From contig OZ024759.1 in the NCBI GenBank assembly GCA_964016885.1, forward strand, positions 10,974,001-11,038,000: 64,000 bases of DNA, given 5' to 3'. Shown here one piece after another: positions 42,501-55,973 of the stretch; the stretch's first letter is position 1, and each line of letters starts with the position of its first letter. The DNA comes from Eledone cirrhosa. Taxonomy: Eukaryota. A program made the position numbers and the translations under genes. The notes beneath the pieces were generated by a model. It ran no database searches and had not been told where the DNA came from. It was given only the letters and a program-made list of their open reading frames with translations.

Positions 42501-45286
42501 CTACCTGGTACCTTACTTCAACCACAGTCCACCCCATTAGCTACCTGGTACCTTACTTCAACCACAGTCTACCCCATTAGCTACCTGGTACCTTACTTCA
42601 ACCACAGTCCACCCCATTAGCTACCTGGTACCTTACTTCAACCACAGTCCACCCCATTAGCTACATGGTACCTTACTTCAACCACAGTCCACCCCATTAG
42701 CTACCTGGTACCTTACTTCAACCACAGTCCACCCCATTAGCTACCTGGTACCTTACTTCAACCACAGTCCACCCCATTAGCTATCTGGTACCTTACTTCA
42801 ACCACAGTCCACCCCATTAGCTACCTGGTACCTTACTTCAACCACAGTCCACCCCATTAGCTACCTGGTACCTTACTTCAACCACAGTCCACCCCATTAG
42901 CTACATGGTACCTTACTTCAACCACAGTCCACCCCATTAGCTACCTGGTACCTTACTTCAACCACAGTCCACCCCATTAGCTACCTGGTACCTTACTTCA
43001 ACCACAGTCCACCCCATTAGCTACCTGGTACCTTACTTCAACCACAGTCTACCCCATTAGCTACCTGGTACCTTACTTCAACCACAGTCCACCCCATTAG
43101 CTACCTGGTACCTTACTTCAACCACAGTCCACCCCATTAGCTACCTGGTACCTTACTTCAACCATAGTGCACCCCATTAGCTACCTGGTACCTTACTTCA
43201 ACCACTGTCCACCCCATTAGCTACCTGGTACCTTACTTCAACCACAGTCCACCCCATTAGCTACATGGTACCTTACATCAACCACAGTCCACCCCATTAG
43301 CTACGTGGTACCTTACATCAACCACAGTCTACCCTATTAGCTACCTGGTACCTTACTTCAACCACAGTCCACCCCATTAGCTACCTGGTACCTTACTTCA
43401 ACCACAGTCCACCCCATTAGCTACCTGGTACCTTACTTCAACCATAGTGCACCCCATTAGCTACCTGGTACCTTACATCAACCACTGTCCACCCCATTAG
43501 CTACCTGGTACCTTACTTCAACCACAGTCCACCCCATTAGCTACATGGTACCTTACATCAACCACAGTCCACCCCATTAGCTACCTGGTACCTTACTTCA
43601 ACCACAGTCCACCCCATTAGCTACCTGGTACCTTACTTCAACCACAGTCCACCCCATTAGCTACCTGGTACCTTACTTCAACCACAGTCCACCCCATTAG
43701 CTACCTGGTACCTTACTTCAACCACAGTCCACCCCATTAGCTACCTGGTACCTTACTTCAACCATAGTGCACCCCATTAGCTACCCGGTACCTTACTTCA
43801 ACCAAAGTCCACCCCATTAGTTACCTGCTACCTTACTTCAACCACAGTCCACCCCATTAGCTACCTGGTACCTTACTTCAACCACAGTCCACCCCATTAG
43901 CTATCTGGTACCTTACTTCAACCACAGTCCACCCCATTAGCTACCTGGTACCTTACTTCAACCACAGTCCACCCCATTAGTTACCTGGTACCTTACTTCA
44001 ACCACAGTCCACCCCATTAGTTACCTGCTACCTTACTTCAACCACAGTCCACCCCATTAGCTACCTGGTACCTTACTTCAACCACAGTCCACCCCATTAG
44101 CTACCTGGTACCTTACTTCAACCACAGTCCACCCCATTAGCTACCTGGTACCTTACTTCCAGCACAGTCCACCCCATTAGCTACCTGGTACCTTACTTCA
44201 ACCACAGTCCACCCCATTAGCTACCTGGTACCTTACTTCCAGCACAGTCCACCCCATTAGTTACCTGCTACCTTACTTCAACCACAGTCCACCCCATTAG
44301 CTACCTGGTACCTTACTTCAACCACAGTCCACCCCATTAGCTACCTGGTACCTTACTTCAACCACAGTCCACCCCATTAGCTACCTGGTACCTTACTTCA
44401 AGCATAGTTCACCCCATTAGCTACCTGGTACCTTACTTCAAGCATAGTTCACCCCATTAGCTACCTGGTACCTTACTTCAACCACTGTCCACCCCATTAG
44501 CTACCTGGTACCTTACTTCAACCACAGTCCACCCCATTAGCTACATGGTACCTTACATCAACCACAGTCCACCCCATTAGCTACCTGGTACCTTACTTCA
44601 AGCATAGTTCACCCCATTAGCTACCTGGTACCTTACTTCAACCACAGTCCACCCCATTAGCTACCTGGTACCTTACTTCAACCACTGTCCACCCCATTAG
44701 CTACCTGGTACCTTACTTCAACCACAGTCCACCCCATTAGCTACATGGTACCTTACTTCAAGCACAGTTCACCCCATTAGCTACCTGGTGCCCTACATCA
44801 ACCACAGTCCACCCCATTAGCTACCTGGTACCTTACTTCAACCACAGTCCACCCCATTAGCTACCTGGTACCTTACTTCAACCACAGTCCACCCCATTAG
44901 CTATCTGGTACCTTACTTCAACCACAGTCCACCCCATTAGCTACATGGTACCTTACATCAACCACAGTCCACCCCATTAGCTACCTGGTACCTTACTTCA
45001 ACCACAGTCCACCCCATTAGCTACCTGGTACCTTACTTCAACCACAGTCCACCCCATTAGCTACATGGTACCTTACTTCAAGCACAGTTCACCCCATTAG
45101 CTACCTGGTGCCCTACATCAACCACAGTCCACCCCATTAGCTACCTGGTACCTTACTTCAACCACAGTCCACCCCATTAGCTACCTGGTACCTTACTTCA
45201 ACCACAGTCCACTCCATTAGCTACCTGGTACCTTACTTCAAGCACAGTTCACCCCATTAGCTACCTGGTACCCTACATCAACCACA
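39569..45286. repeat. 40-bp satellite, ~143 copies, no indels, with a 2320-bp higher-order duplication
   Basis: Unit ccaccccattagctacctggtaccttacttcaaccacagt. Confidence 0.98.
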
Positions 45287-45375
45287 AGTCCTGCCTGTGG
45301 TCTATAAACAACTTCCAGTTGTCCTCCATGTCATATGTTTGTGTCTCTCCCCCTCCCTCACCTGTCACCTGTCAG

Positions 45376-45409
45376 GTAGATCTATATTTAACAGAGAGAC
45401 GCTACTTAT
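45376..45409 (+). CDS. Candidate 34-nt micro-exon of the FATP gene, tentative
   Basis: Pyrimidine-rich acceptor (tctccccctccctcacctgtcacctgtcag), donor AT|GTAAGA. Open in phase 1 to phase 2, which would join in frame to 53808 (GRSIFNRETLL-M-SLYSLLK). Confidence 0.28.
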
Positions 45410-45445
45410 GTAAGACTGGTTTATTGCTGACACAAGTCCAAAAGT

Positions 45446-45752
45446 CACACCATCATCATCATCATCACCACCACCACCACCATCACTACCATCATCATCA
45501 TTATCATCACCGTCATCATCACCATCATCACCATCATCACAACCACCATCACCACTATAATCATCATCACCATCACCACCATCACCATCACCACCATCAC
45601 CACTATAATCATCACCACCATCATCACCACCATCATCACCACCATCATCACCACCACCATCATCACCATCACCACCATCATCACCATCACCACCATCATC
45701 ACCACCACCATCACCACCACCATCACCATCGTCATTGTCATCATCATCACCA
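45446..45752. repeat. (CAT/CAC)n trinucleotide tract
   Basis: Direct inspection. Confidence 0.95.
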
Positions 45753-45772
45753 TATCAATGTCCTGTGTCAGA

Positions 45773-48700
45773 CATAAGACCCAGGTGCAGGGTTCAATAC
45801 CCAAGCCAGAACTCCCATAAGACCCAGGTGCAGGGTTCAATACCCAAGCCAGAACTCCCATAAGACCCAGGTGCAGGGTTCAATACCCAAGCCAGAACTC
45901 CCATAAGAGCAGGTGCAGGGTTCAATACCCAAGCCAGAACTCCCATAAGAACAGGTGCAGGGTTCAATACCCAAGCCAGAACTCCCATAAGAACAGGTGC
46001 AGGGTTCAATACCCAAGCCAGAACTCCCATAAGACCCAGGTGCAGGGTTCAATACCCAAGCCAGAACTCCCATAAGACCCAGGTGCAGGGTTCAATACCC
46101 AAGCCAGAACTCCCATAAGACCCAGGTGCAGGCTTCAATACCCAAGCCAGAACTCCCATAAAAACAGGTGCAGGGTTCAATACCCAAGCCAGAACTTCCA
46201 TAAGAACAGGTGCAGGGTTCAATACCCAAGCCAGAACTCCCATAAGAACAGGTGCAGGGTTCAATACCCAAGCCAGAACTTCCATAAGAACAGGTGCAGG
46301 GTTCAATACCCAAGCCAGAACTCCCATAAGAACAGGTGCAGGGTTCAATACCCAAGCTAGAACTTCCATAAGAACAGGTGCAGGGTTCAATACTCAAGCC
46401 AGAACTCCCATAAGAACAGGTGCAGGGTTCAATACCCAAGCCAGAACTCCCATAAGAACAGGTGCAGGGTTCAATACCCAAGCCAGAACTCCCATAAGAC
46501 CCAGGTGCAGGGTTCAATACCCAAGCCAGAACTCCCATAAGAACAGGTGCAGGGTTCAATACCCAAGCCAGAACTTCCATAAGAACAGGTGCAGGGTTCA
46601 ATACCCAAGCCAGAACTCCCATAAGAACAGGTGCAGGGTTCAATACCTAAGCCAGAACTCACATAAGAACAGGTGCAGGGTTCAATACCCAAGCCAGAAC
46701 TTCCATAAGACCCAGGTGCAGGGTTCAATACCCAAGCTAGAACTCCCATAAGACCCAGGTGCAGGGTTCAATACCCAAGCCAGAACTCCCATAAGACCCA
46801 GGTGCAGGGTTCAATACCCAAGCCAGAACTCCCATAAGAACAGGTGCAGGGTTCAATACCCAAGCCAGAACTCCCATAAGACCCAGGTGCAGGGTTCAAT
46901 ACCCAAGCTAGAACTCCCATAAGAACAGGTGCAGGGTTCAATACCCAAGCTAGAACTCCCATAAGAACAGGTGCAGGGTTCAATACCCAAGCCAGAACTC
47001 CTATAAGACCCAGGTGCAGGGTTCAATACCCAAGCCAGAACTCCTATAAGACCCAGGTGCAGGGTTCAATACCCAAGCTAGAACTCCCATAAGAACAGGT
47101 GCAGGGTTCAATACCCAAGCCAGAACTCCCATAAGAACAGGTGCAGGGTTCAATACCCAAGCCAGAACTCCCATAAGAACAGGTGCAGGGTTCAATACCC
47201 AAGCCAGAACTCCCATAAGACCCAGGTGCAGGGTTCAATACCCAAGCCAGAACTTCCATAAGAACAGGTGCAGGGTTCAATACCCAAGCCAGAACTCCCA
47301 TAAGACCCAGGTGCAGGGTTCAATACCCAAGCCAGAACTCCCATAAGAACAGGTGCAGGGTCAATACCCAAGCTAGAACTCCCATAAGAACAGGTGCAGG
47401 GTTCAATACCCAAGCCAGAACTCCCATAAGAACAGGTGCAGGGTTCAATACCCAAGCCAGAACTCCCATAAGACCCAGGTGCAGGGTTCAATACCCAAGC
47501 CAGAACTCCCATAAGACCCAGGTGCAGGGTTCAATACCCAAGCCAGAACTCCCATAAGACCCAGGTGCAGGGTTCAATACCCAAGCCAGAACTCCCATAA
47601 GACCCAGGTGCAGGGTTCAATACCCAAGCTAGAACTCCCATAAGAACAGGTGCAGGGTTCAATACCCAAGCTAGAACTCCCATAAGACCCAGGTGCAGGG
47701 TTCAATACCCAAGCCAGAACTCCCATAAGACCCAGGTGCAGGGTTCAATACCCAAGCCAGAACTCCCATAAGAACAGGTGCAGGGTTCAATACCCAAGCC
47801 AGAACTCCCATAAGACCCAGGTGCAGGGTTCAATACCCAAGCCAGAACTCCCATAAGAACAGGTGCAGGGTTCAATACCCAAGCCAGAACTCCCATAAGA
47901 ACAGGTGCAGGGTCAATACCCAAGCTAGAACTCCCATAAGAACAGGTGCAGGGTTCAATACCCAAGCCAGAACTCCTATAAGACCCAGGTGCAGGGTTCA
48001 ATACCCAAGCCAGAACTCCCATAAGACCCAGGTGCAGGGTTCAATACCCAAGCCAGAACTCCCATAAGACCCAGGTGCAGGGTTCAATACCCAAGCTAGA
48101 ACTCCCATAAGAACAGGTGCAGGGTTCAATACCCAAGCTAGAACTCCCATAAGACCCAGGTGCAGGGTTCAATACCCAAGCTAGAACTCCCATAAGACCC
48201 AGGTGCAGGGTTCAATACCCAAGCCAGAACTCCCATAAGACCCAGGTGCAGGGTTCAATACCCAAGCTAGAACTCCTATAAGACCCAGGTGCAGGGTTCA
48301 ATACCCAAGCCAGAACTCCCATGAGACCCAGGTGCAGGGTTCAATACCCAAGCCAGAACTCCCATGAGACCCAGGTGCAGGGTTCAATACCCAAGCCAGA
48401 ACTCCCATAAGAACAGGTGCAGGGTTCAATACCCAAGCTAGAACTCCCATAAGACCCAGGTGCAGGGTTCAATACCCAAGCTAGAACTCCCATAAGACCC
48501 AGGTGCAGGGTTCAATACCCAAGCCAGAACTCCCATAAGAACAGGTGCAGGGTTCAATACCCAAGCTAGAACTCCCATAAGACCCAGGTGCAGGGTTCAA
48601 TACCCAAGCTAGAACTCCCATAAGACCCAGGTGCAGGGTTCAATACCCAAGCCAGAACTTCCATAAGAACAGGTGCAGGGTTCAATACCCAAGCCAGAAC

Positions 48701-51700
48701 TCCCATAAGAACAGGTGCAGGGTTCAATACCCAAGCTAGAACTTCCATAAGAACAGGTGCAGGGTTCAATACCCAAGCCAGAACTTCCATAAGAACAGGT
48801 GCAGGGTTCAATACCCAAGCCAGAACTCCCATAAGACCCAGGTGCAGGGTTCAATACCCAAGCTAGAACTTCCATAAGAACAGGTGCAGGGTTCAATACC
48901 CAAGCTAGAACTCCCATAAGACCCAGGTGCAGGGTTCAATACCCAAGCCAGAACTCCCATAAGAACAGGTGCAGGGTTCAATACCCAAGCTAGAACTCCC
49001 ATAAGACCCAGGTGCAGGGTTCAATACCCAAGCTAGAACTCCCATAAGACCCAGGTGCAGGGTTCAATACCCAAGCCAGAACTCCCATAAGAACAGGTGC
49101 AGGGTTCAATACCCAAGCTAGAACTCCCATAAGACCCAGGTGCAGGGTTCAATACCCAAGCTAGAACTCCCATAAGACCCAGGTGCAGGGTTCAATACCC
49201 AAGCCAGAACTCCCATAAGAACAGGTGCAGGGTTCAATACCCAAGCTAGAACTCCCATAAGACCCAGGTGCAGGGTTCAATACCCAAGCTAGAACTCCCA
49301 TAAGACCCAGGTGCAGGGTTCAATACCCAAGCCAGAACTCCCATAAGAACAGGTGCAGGGTTCAATACCCAAGCTAGAACTCCCATAAGACCCAGGTGCA
49401 GGGTTCAATACCCAAGCCAGAACTCCCATAAGAACAGGTGCAGGGTTCAATACCCAAGCTAGAACTCCCATAAGACCCAGGTGCAGGGTTCAATACCCAA
49501 GCTAGAACTCCCATAAGACCCAGGTGCAGGGTTCAATACCCAAGCCAGAACTCCCATAAGAACAGGTGCAGGGTTCAATACCCAAGCCAGAACTCCCATA
49601 AGACCCAGGTGCAGGGTTCAATACCCAAGCCAGAACTCCCATAAGACCCAGGTGCAGGGTTCAATACCCAAGCCAGAACTCCCATAAGACCCAGGTGCAG
49701 GGTTCAATACCCAAGCCAGAACTCCCATAAGAACAGGTGCAGGGTTCAATACCCAAGCCAGAACTCCCATAAGACCCAGGTGCAGGGTTCAATACCCAAG
49801 CCAGAACTCCCATAAGAACAGGTGCAGGGTTCAATACCCAAGCCAGAACTCCCATAAGAACAGGTGCAGGGTCAATACCCAAGCTAGAACTCCCATAAGA
49901 ACAGGTGCAGGGTTCAATACCCAAGCCAGAACTCCTATAAGACCCAGGTGCAGGGTTCAATACCCAAGCCAGAACTCCTATAAGACCCAGGTGCAGGGTT
50001 CAATACCCAAGCTAGAACTCCCATAAGAACAGGTGCAGGGTTCAATACCCAAGCCAGAACTCCCATAAGAACAGGTGCAGGGTTCAATACCCAAGCCAGA
50101 ACTCCCATAAGACCCAGGTGCAGGGTTCAATACCCAAGCCAGAACTCCCATAAGAACAGGTGCAGGGTTCAATACCCAAGCCAGAACTCCCATAAGAACA
50201 GGTGCAGGGTCAATACCCAAGCTAGAACTCCCATAAGAACAGGTGCAGGGTTCAATACCCAAGCCAGAACTCCTATAAGACCCAGGTGCAGGGTTCAATA
50301 CCCAAGCCAGAACTCCCATAAGACCCAGGTGCAGGGTTCAATACCCAAGCCAGAACTCCCATAAGACCCAGGTGCAGGGTTCAATACCCAAGCTAGAACT
50401 CCCATAAGAACAGGTGCAGGGTTCAATACCCAAGCTAGAACTCCCATAAGACCCAGGTGCAGGGTTCAATACCCAAGCTAGAACTCCCATAAGACCCAGG
50501 TGCAGGGTTCAATACCCAAGCCAGAACTCCCATAAGACCCAGGTGCAGGGTTCAATACCCAAGCTAGAACTCCTATAAGACCCAGGTGCAGGGTTCAATA
50601 CCCAAGCCAGAACTCCCATGAGACCCAGGTGCAGGGTTCAATACCCAAGCCAGAACTCCCATGAGACCCAGGTGCAGGGTTCAATACCCAAGCCAGAACT
50701 CCCATAAGAACAGGTGCAGGGTTCAATACCCAAGCTAGAACTCCCATAAGACCCAGGTGCAGGGTTCAATACCCAAGCTAGAACTCCCATAAGACCCAGG
50801 TGCAGGGTTCAATACCCAAGCCAGAACTCCCATAAGAACAGGTGCAGGGTTCAATACCCAAGCTAGAACTCCCATAAGACCCAGGTGCAGGGTTCAATAC
50901 CCAAGCTAGAACTCCCATAAGACCCAGGTGCAGGGTTCAATACCCAAGCCAGAACTCCCATAAGAACAGGTGCAGGGTTCAATACCCAAGCTAGAACTCC
51001 CATAAGACCCAGGTGCAGGGTTCAATACCCAAGCTAGAACTCCCATAAGACCCAGGTGCAGGGTTCAATACCCAAGCCAGAACTCCCATAAGAACAGGTG
51101 CAGGGTTCAATACCCAAGCTAGAACTCCCATAAGACCCAGGTGCAGGGTTCAATACCCAAGCTAGAACTCCCATAAGACCCAGGTGCAGGGTTCAATACC
51201 CAAGCCAGAACTTCCATAAGAACAGGTGCAGGGTTCAATACCCAAGCCAGAACTCCCATAAGAACAGGTGCAGGGTTCAATACCCAAGCTAGAACTTCCA
51301 TAAGAACAGGTGCAGGGTTCAATACCCAAGCCAGAACTTCCATGAGACCCAGGTGCAGGGTTCAATACCCAAGCCAGAACTCCCATGAGACCCAGGTGCA
51401 GGGTTCAATACCCAAGCCAGAACTCCCATGAGACCCAGGTGCAGGGTTCAATACCCAAGCCAGAACTCCCATGAGACCCAGGTGCAGGGTTCAATACCCA
51501 AGCCAGAACTCCCATAAGAACAGGTGCAGGGTTCAATACCCAAGCCAGAACTCCCATAAGAACAGGTGCAGGGTTCAATACCCAAGCTAGAACTCCCATA
51601 AGACCCAGGTGCAGGGTTCAATACCCAAGCTAGAACTCCCATAAGACCCAGGTGCAGGGTTCAATACCCAAGCCAGAACTCCCATAAGAACAGGTGCAGG

Positions 51701-52324
51701 GTTCAATACCCAAGCTAGAACTCCCATAAGACCCAGGTGCAGGGTTCAATACCCAAGCTAGAACTCCCATAAGACCCAGGTGCAGGGTTCAATACCCAAG
51801 CCAGAACTCCCATAAGAACAGGTGCAGGGTTCAATACCCAAGCTAGAACTCCCATAAGAACAGGTGCAGGGTTCAATACCCAAGCTAGAACTCCCATAAG
51901 ACCCAGGTGCAGGGTTCAATACCCAAGCTAGAACTCCCATAAGACCCAGGTGCAGGGTTCAATACCCAAGCCAGAACTCCCATAAGAACAGGTGCAGGGT
52001 TCAATACCCAAGCTAGAACTCCCATAAGACCCAGGTGCAGGGTTCAATACCCAAGCCAGAACTCCCATAAGACCCAGGTGCAGGGTTCAATACCCAAGCT
52101 AGAACTCCCATAAGACCCAGGTGCAGGGTTCAATACCCAAGCCAGAACTCCCATAAGAACAGGTGCAGGGTTCAATACCCAAGCTAGAACTCCCATAAGA
52201 CCCAGGTGCAGGGTTCAATACCCAAGCCAGAACTCCCATAAGAACAGGTGCAGGGTTCAATACCCAAGCCAGAACTTCCATAAGACCCAGGTGCAGGGTT
52301 CAATACCCAAGCCAGAACTCCCAT
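45773..52324. repeat. 42/43-bp satellite, ~150 copies
   Basis: Unit cataaga(cc/a)caggtgcagggttcaatacccaagc(c/t)agaactcc. Confidence 0.98.
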
Positions 52325-52435
52325 ATTTTAATATTGATGTTTTTTTATGAACTTAAAAAATAATTTGTTTTTGTGTATTTTTTTTTGTTGCTTACTTATT
52401 TATTTCATTTTCTCTCTTTCTTTTCTCTTTTATAT

Positions 52436-53599
52436 TCATCATCATCATCATCAACAACCACAACTGCTGCTGCTGTGACCTGCCTCCTCATCATCATCAT
52501 CATCAACAACCACAACTGCTGCTGCTGTGACCTGCCTCCTCATCATCATCATCATCAACAACCACAACTGCTGCTGCTGTGACCTGCCTCCTCATCATCA
52601 TCATCATCAACAACCACAACTGCTGCTGCTGTGACCTGCCTCCTCATCATCATCATCATCAACAACCACAACTGCTGCTGCTGTGACCTGCCTCCTCATC
52701 ATCATCATCATCAACAACCACAACTGCTGCTGCTGTGACCTGCCTCCTCATCATCATCATCATCAACAACCACAACTGCTGCTGCTGTGACCTGCCTCCT
52801 CATCATCATCATCATCAACAACCACAACTGCTGCTGCTGTGACCTGCCTCCTCATCATCATCATCATCAACAACCACAACTGCTGCTGCTGTGACCTGCC
52901 TCCTCATCATCATCATCATCAACAACCACAACTGCTGCTGCTGTGACCTGCCTCCTCATCATCATCATCATCAACAACCACAACTGCTGCTGCTGTGACC
53001 TGCCTCCTCATCATCATCATCATCAACAACCACAACTGCTGCTGCTGTGACCTGCCTCCTCATCATCATCATCATCAACAACCACAACTGCTGCTGCTGT
53101 GACCTGCCTCCTCATCATCATCATCATCAACAACCACAACTGCTGCTGCTGTGACCTGCCTCCTCATCATCATCATCATCAACAACCACAACTGCTGCTG
53201 CTGTGACCTGCCTCCTCATCATCATCATCATCAACAACCACAACTGCTGCTGCTGTGACCTGCCTCCTCATCATCATCATCATCAACAACCACAACTGCT
53301 GCTGCTGTGACCTGCCTCCTCATCATCATCATCATCAACAACCACAACTGCTGCTGCTGTGACCTGCCTCCTCATCATCATCATCATCAACAACCACAAC
53401 TGCTGCTGCTGTGACCTGCCTCCTCATCATCATCATCATCAACAACCACAACTGCTGCTGCTGTGACCTGCCTCCTCATCATCATCATCATCAACAACCA
53501 CAACTGCTGCTGCTGTGACCTGCCTCCTCATCATCATCATCATCAACAACCACAACTGCTGCTGCTGTGACCTGCCTCCTCATCATCATCATCATCAAC
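52436..53599. repeat. 52-bp minisatellite, ~22 apparently identical copies
   Basis: Unit (tca)6-acaaccacaa-(ctg)4-tgacctgcctcc. Confidence 0.96.
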
Positions 53600-53697
53600 A
53601 TCAACAATGGCAATCACAATATCACTTGATTCCTTCTCCCCCTCCCCGCCTGCTGTTGGTGACCTGGGTGACCTGATTCGTAATCATCATCATCATC

Positions 53698-53728
<31 letters not shown>

Positions 53729-53807
53729 ATCACAACATCCCTGCCTGCGACCTGATGACCTGATGACCCGATGACCTCATGACCTGATGCCCACCCAACC
53801 TGAACAG

Positions 53808-54196
53808 GTCGTTGTATTCTCTCCTGAAGATAAGGTTCAAAGCGCAACAGTACATCAAGAACCGGGAGACAATCGGCACGCTCTTCAAGAAGGTCGCAGA
53901 GAGCCACCCTGAGAAGATAGCATTTCGTATTGATGACCAAATCTGGAACTTCCAGAGAGTCGAGGATTATTCCAACGCTGTTGCCAACCATTTTCTGTTA
54001 GCTGGTTACCATTCTGGTGATGTGGTGGCTTTATTCAAGGAGAGCTGCCCCGAGTATGTCTGTATATGGTTAGGACTGTCTAAAATTGGAATAATTACGG
54101 CCCTCATCAACTTTAATTTACGAGAAACCTCACTCTTACATTGTATCAATGATGCACGACCAAAGGCTATTATTTTTGGATCAGAATTGGCGACAG
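53808..54196 (+). CDS. SLC27A4: Internal exon of long-chain fatty acid transport protein (FATP, SLC27A1/4-like acyl-CoA synthetase), start of the AMP-binding domain
   Basis: Translation SLYSLLKIRFK...HPEKIAF...WNFQRVEDYSNAVANHF...GDVVALF...YVCIWLGLSKIGIITALINFNLRETSLLHCI...KAIIFGSELAT is colinear with vertebrate FATP1/4 as I recall it (HPDKTAL..WTF..SVAN..GDV..LWLG.AK.G..ALIN.NLR..LLHC..FGSE). Acceptor CAG at 53805-53807 (phase 2), donor G|GTAATA at 54197 (phase 1). Paralog assignment (A1 vs A4) is uncertain. Confidence 0.93.
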
Positions 54197-54249
54197 GTAA
54201 TAATCTACCTTTTTAACTTTAACTCTGTTCTTTGATGTTTCTACCCCCC

Positions 54250-54786
54250 CTCTCTCTTTCTCTCTATCTCTCTCTCCTTTCTTCTAACACACTCTCTCTC
54301 TCTCTCTCATTCTTTCTAAGTCTCTCTCTCTCTCTCTCTCTCCTTTCTTCTAACACACACTCTCTCTCTCTCTCTCTCATTCTTTCTAAGTTTCTCTCTC
54401 TCTCTCTCTCTCTCATTCTTTCTAACACACTCTCTCTCTCTCTCATTCTTTCTAAGTCTCTCTCTCTATCTCTCTCTCATTCCTTCTAACACACACTCTC
54501 TCTATCTCTCATTCTTTCTAACACACTCTCTCTCTCTCTCATTCTTTCTAAGTCTCTCTCTCTCTATCTCTCTCTCATTCCTTCTAACACACACTCTCTC
54601 TATCTCTCATTCTTTCTAACACACTCTCTCTCTCTCTCATTCTTTCTAAGTCTCTCTCTCTCTCTCTCTCTCCTTTCTTCTAACACACTCTCTCTCTCTC
54701 TCTCTCTCTCTCTCATTCTTTCTAAGTTTCTCTCTCTCTCTCTCTCTCATTCTTTCTAACACACTCTCTCTCTCTCTCATTCTTTC

Positions 54787-54833
<47 letters not shown>

Positions 54834-55038
54834 CTCTCTCATTCCTTCTAACACACACTCTCTCTCTCTCTCATTCTTTCTAACACACTCTCTCTCTCTC
54901 TCATTCTTTCTAAGTCTCTCTCTCTCTCTCTATCTCTCTCTCATTCCTTCTAACACACACTCTCTCTATCTCTCATTCTTTCTAACACACTCTCTCTCTC
55001 TCTCATTCTTTCTAAGTCTCTCTCTCTCTTTCTTTCTA

Positions 55039-55104
<66 letters not shown>

Positions 55105-55255
55105 CTTTCTAACACACTCTTGCTTTCTTTCTAAGTCTCTCTCCCTCATTCTTTCTAAGTGTCTCTCTCTTTCTAACACTCTCATTCTTTCTAGATGTTG
55201 CTCTCTCTCTCTCTCTCTAACCTTCTGTCTTTGTCTCACTGTTTCTCTCTCTCCC
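54250..55255. repeat. Degenerate (TC)n-based polypyrimidine repeat
   Basis: (tc)n alternating with attctttctaacacac / attctttctaagtc. Confidence 0.93.
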
Positions 55256-55397
55256 CCTCTCTTCCACATCTCTTACTTACCCCTCCCCCCTCCCCCGTCT
55301 CTCACTAGGACATTATCCAAACCAGACTGGCCGTCAATTAATCCACCTCATCCCATAAACTACTTCCGACCTCACTCACCAGACTTGTATTGTACAG

Positions 55398-55973
55398 TAG
55401 AGGTCCGCAACCACTAAGCCGCGGACCGGTCCCCAAGCCCCAGGCCAAGGACCGGTCCCCAACCCCAGGCCGCGGACCAGTCCCCAACCCCCAGGCTGCA
55501 GGTCAGTTCCCAACCCCCAGGCTGCGGACCAGTCCCCAACCCCCAGGCCAAGGACCAGTCCCCAACCCCCAGGCCAAGGACCAGTCCCCAACCCCCAGGC
55601 TGCAAACTGGTTCCTAACCCCCAGGCCAAGGACCGGTTCCCAACTCCCAGGCCAAGGACCGGTCCCCAACCCCAAGGCCGCGGACCGGTCCCCAACCCCC
55701 AGGCTGCGGACCGGTCCATGAATTATTTGTTACCAGGCCACAGAGAAATAATTAACTTGTTTAAAATTATATAATAGATAAATTGAATATTGGACTTTAA
55801 TTTAAAAAGATTTGTTTAAATATTCAATATTCACCTACTTTAATAAATTGCTCTTTTTATTATTGCTCTCTTTATTGAAATACACTTAAATAACAGATAT
55901 GTACAACTACCGGTCAGTGGAAAGATTGTCCGACATGAAGTCAGTCTGTGGTATAAAAGGTTGGAGACTACTG
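55398..55973. mobile_element. hAT (Charlie/MER5-like) MITE with internal ~26-bp expansion
   Basis: Ends TAGAGGTCCGCAACC ... GGTTGGAGACTACTG, 8-bp TSD ttgtacag/ctgtacag. Tandem ccccaacccccaggccaaggacc(a/g)gt at ~55420-55717. Confidence 0.8.

Noticed and set aside
45319-45861. Poly-His ORF
   Set aside because: (CAT/CAC)n microsatellite with no support as an exon.
53614-53991. 125-aa minus-strand ORF
   Set aside because: Antisense shadow of the FATP exon plus (GAT)n.
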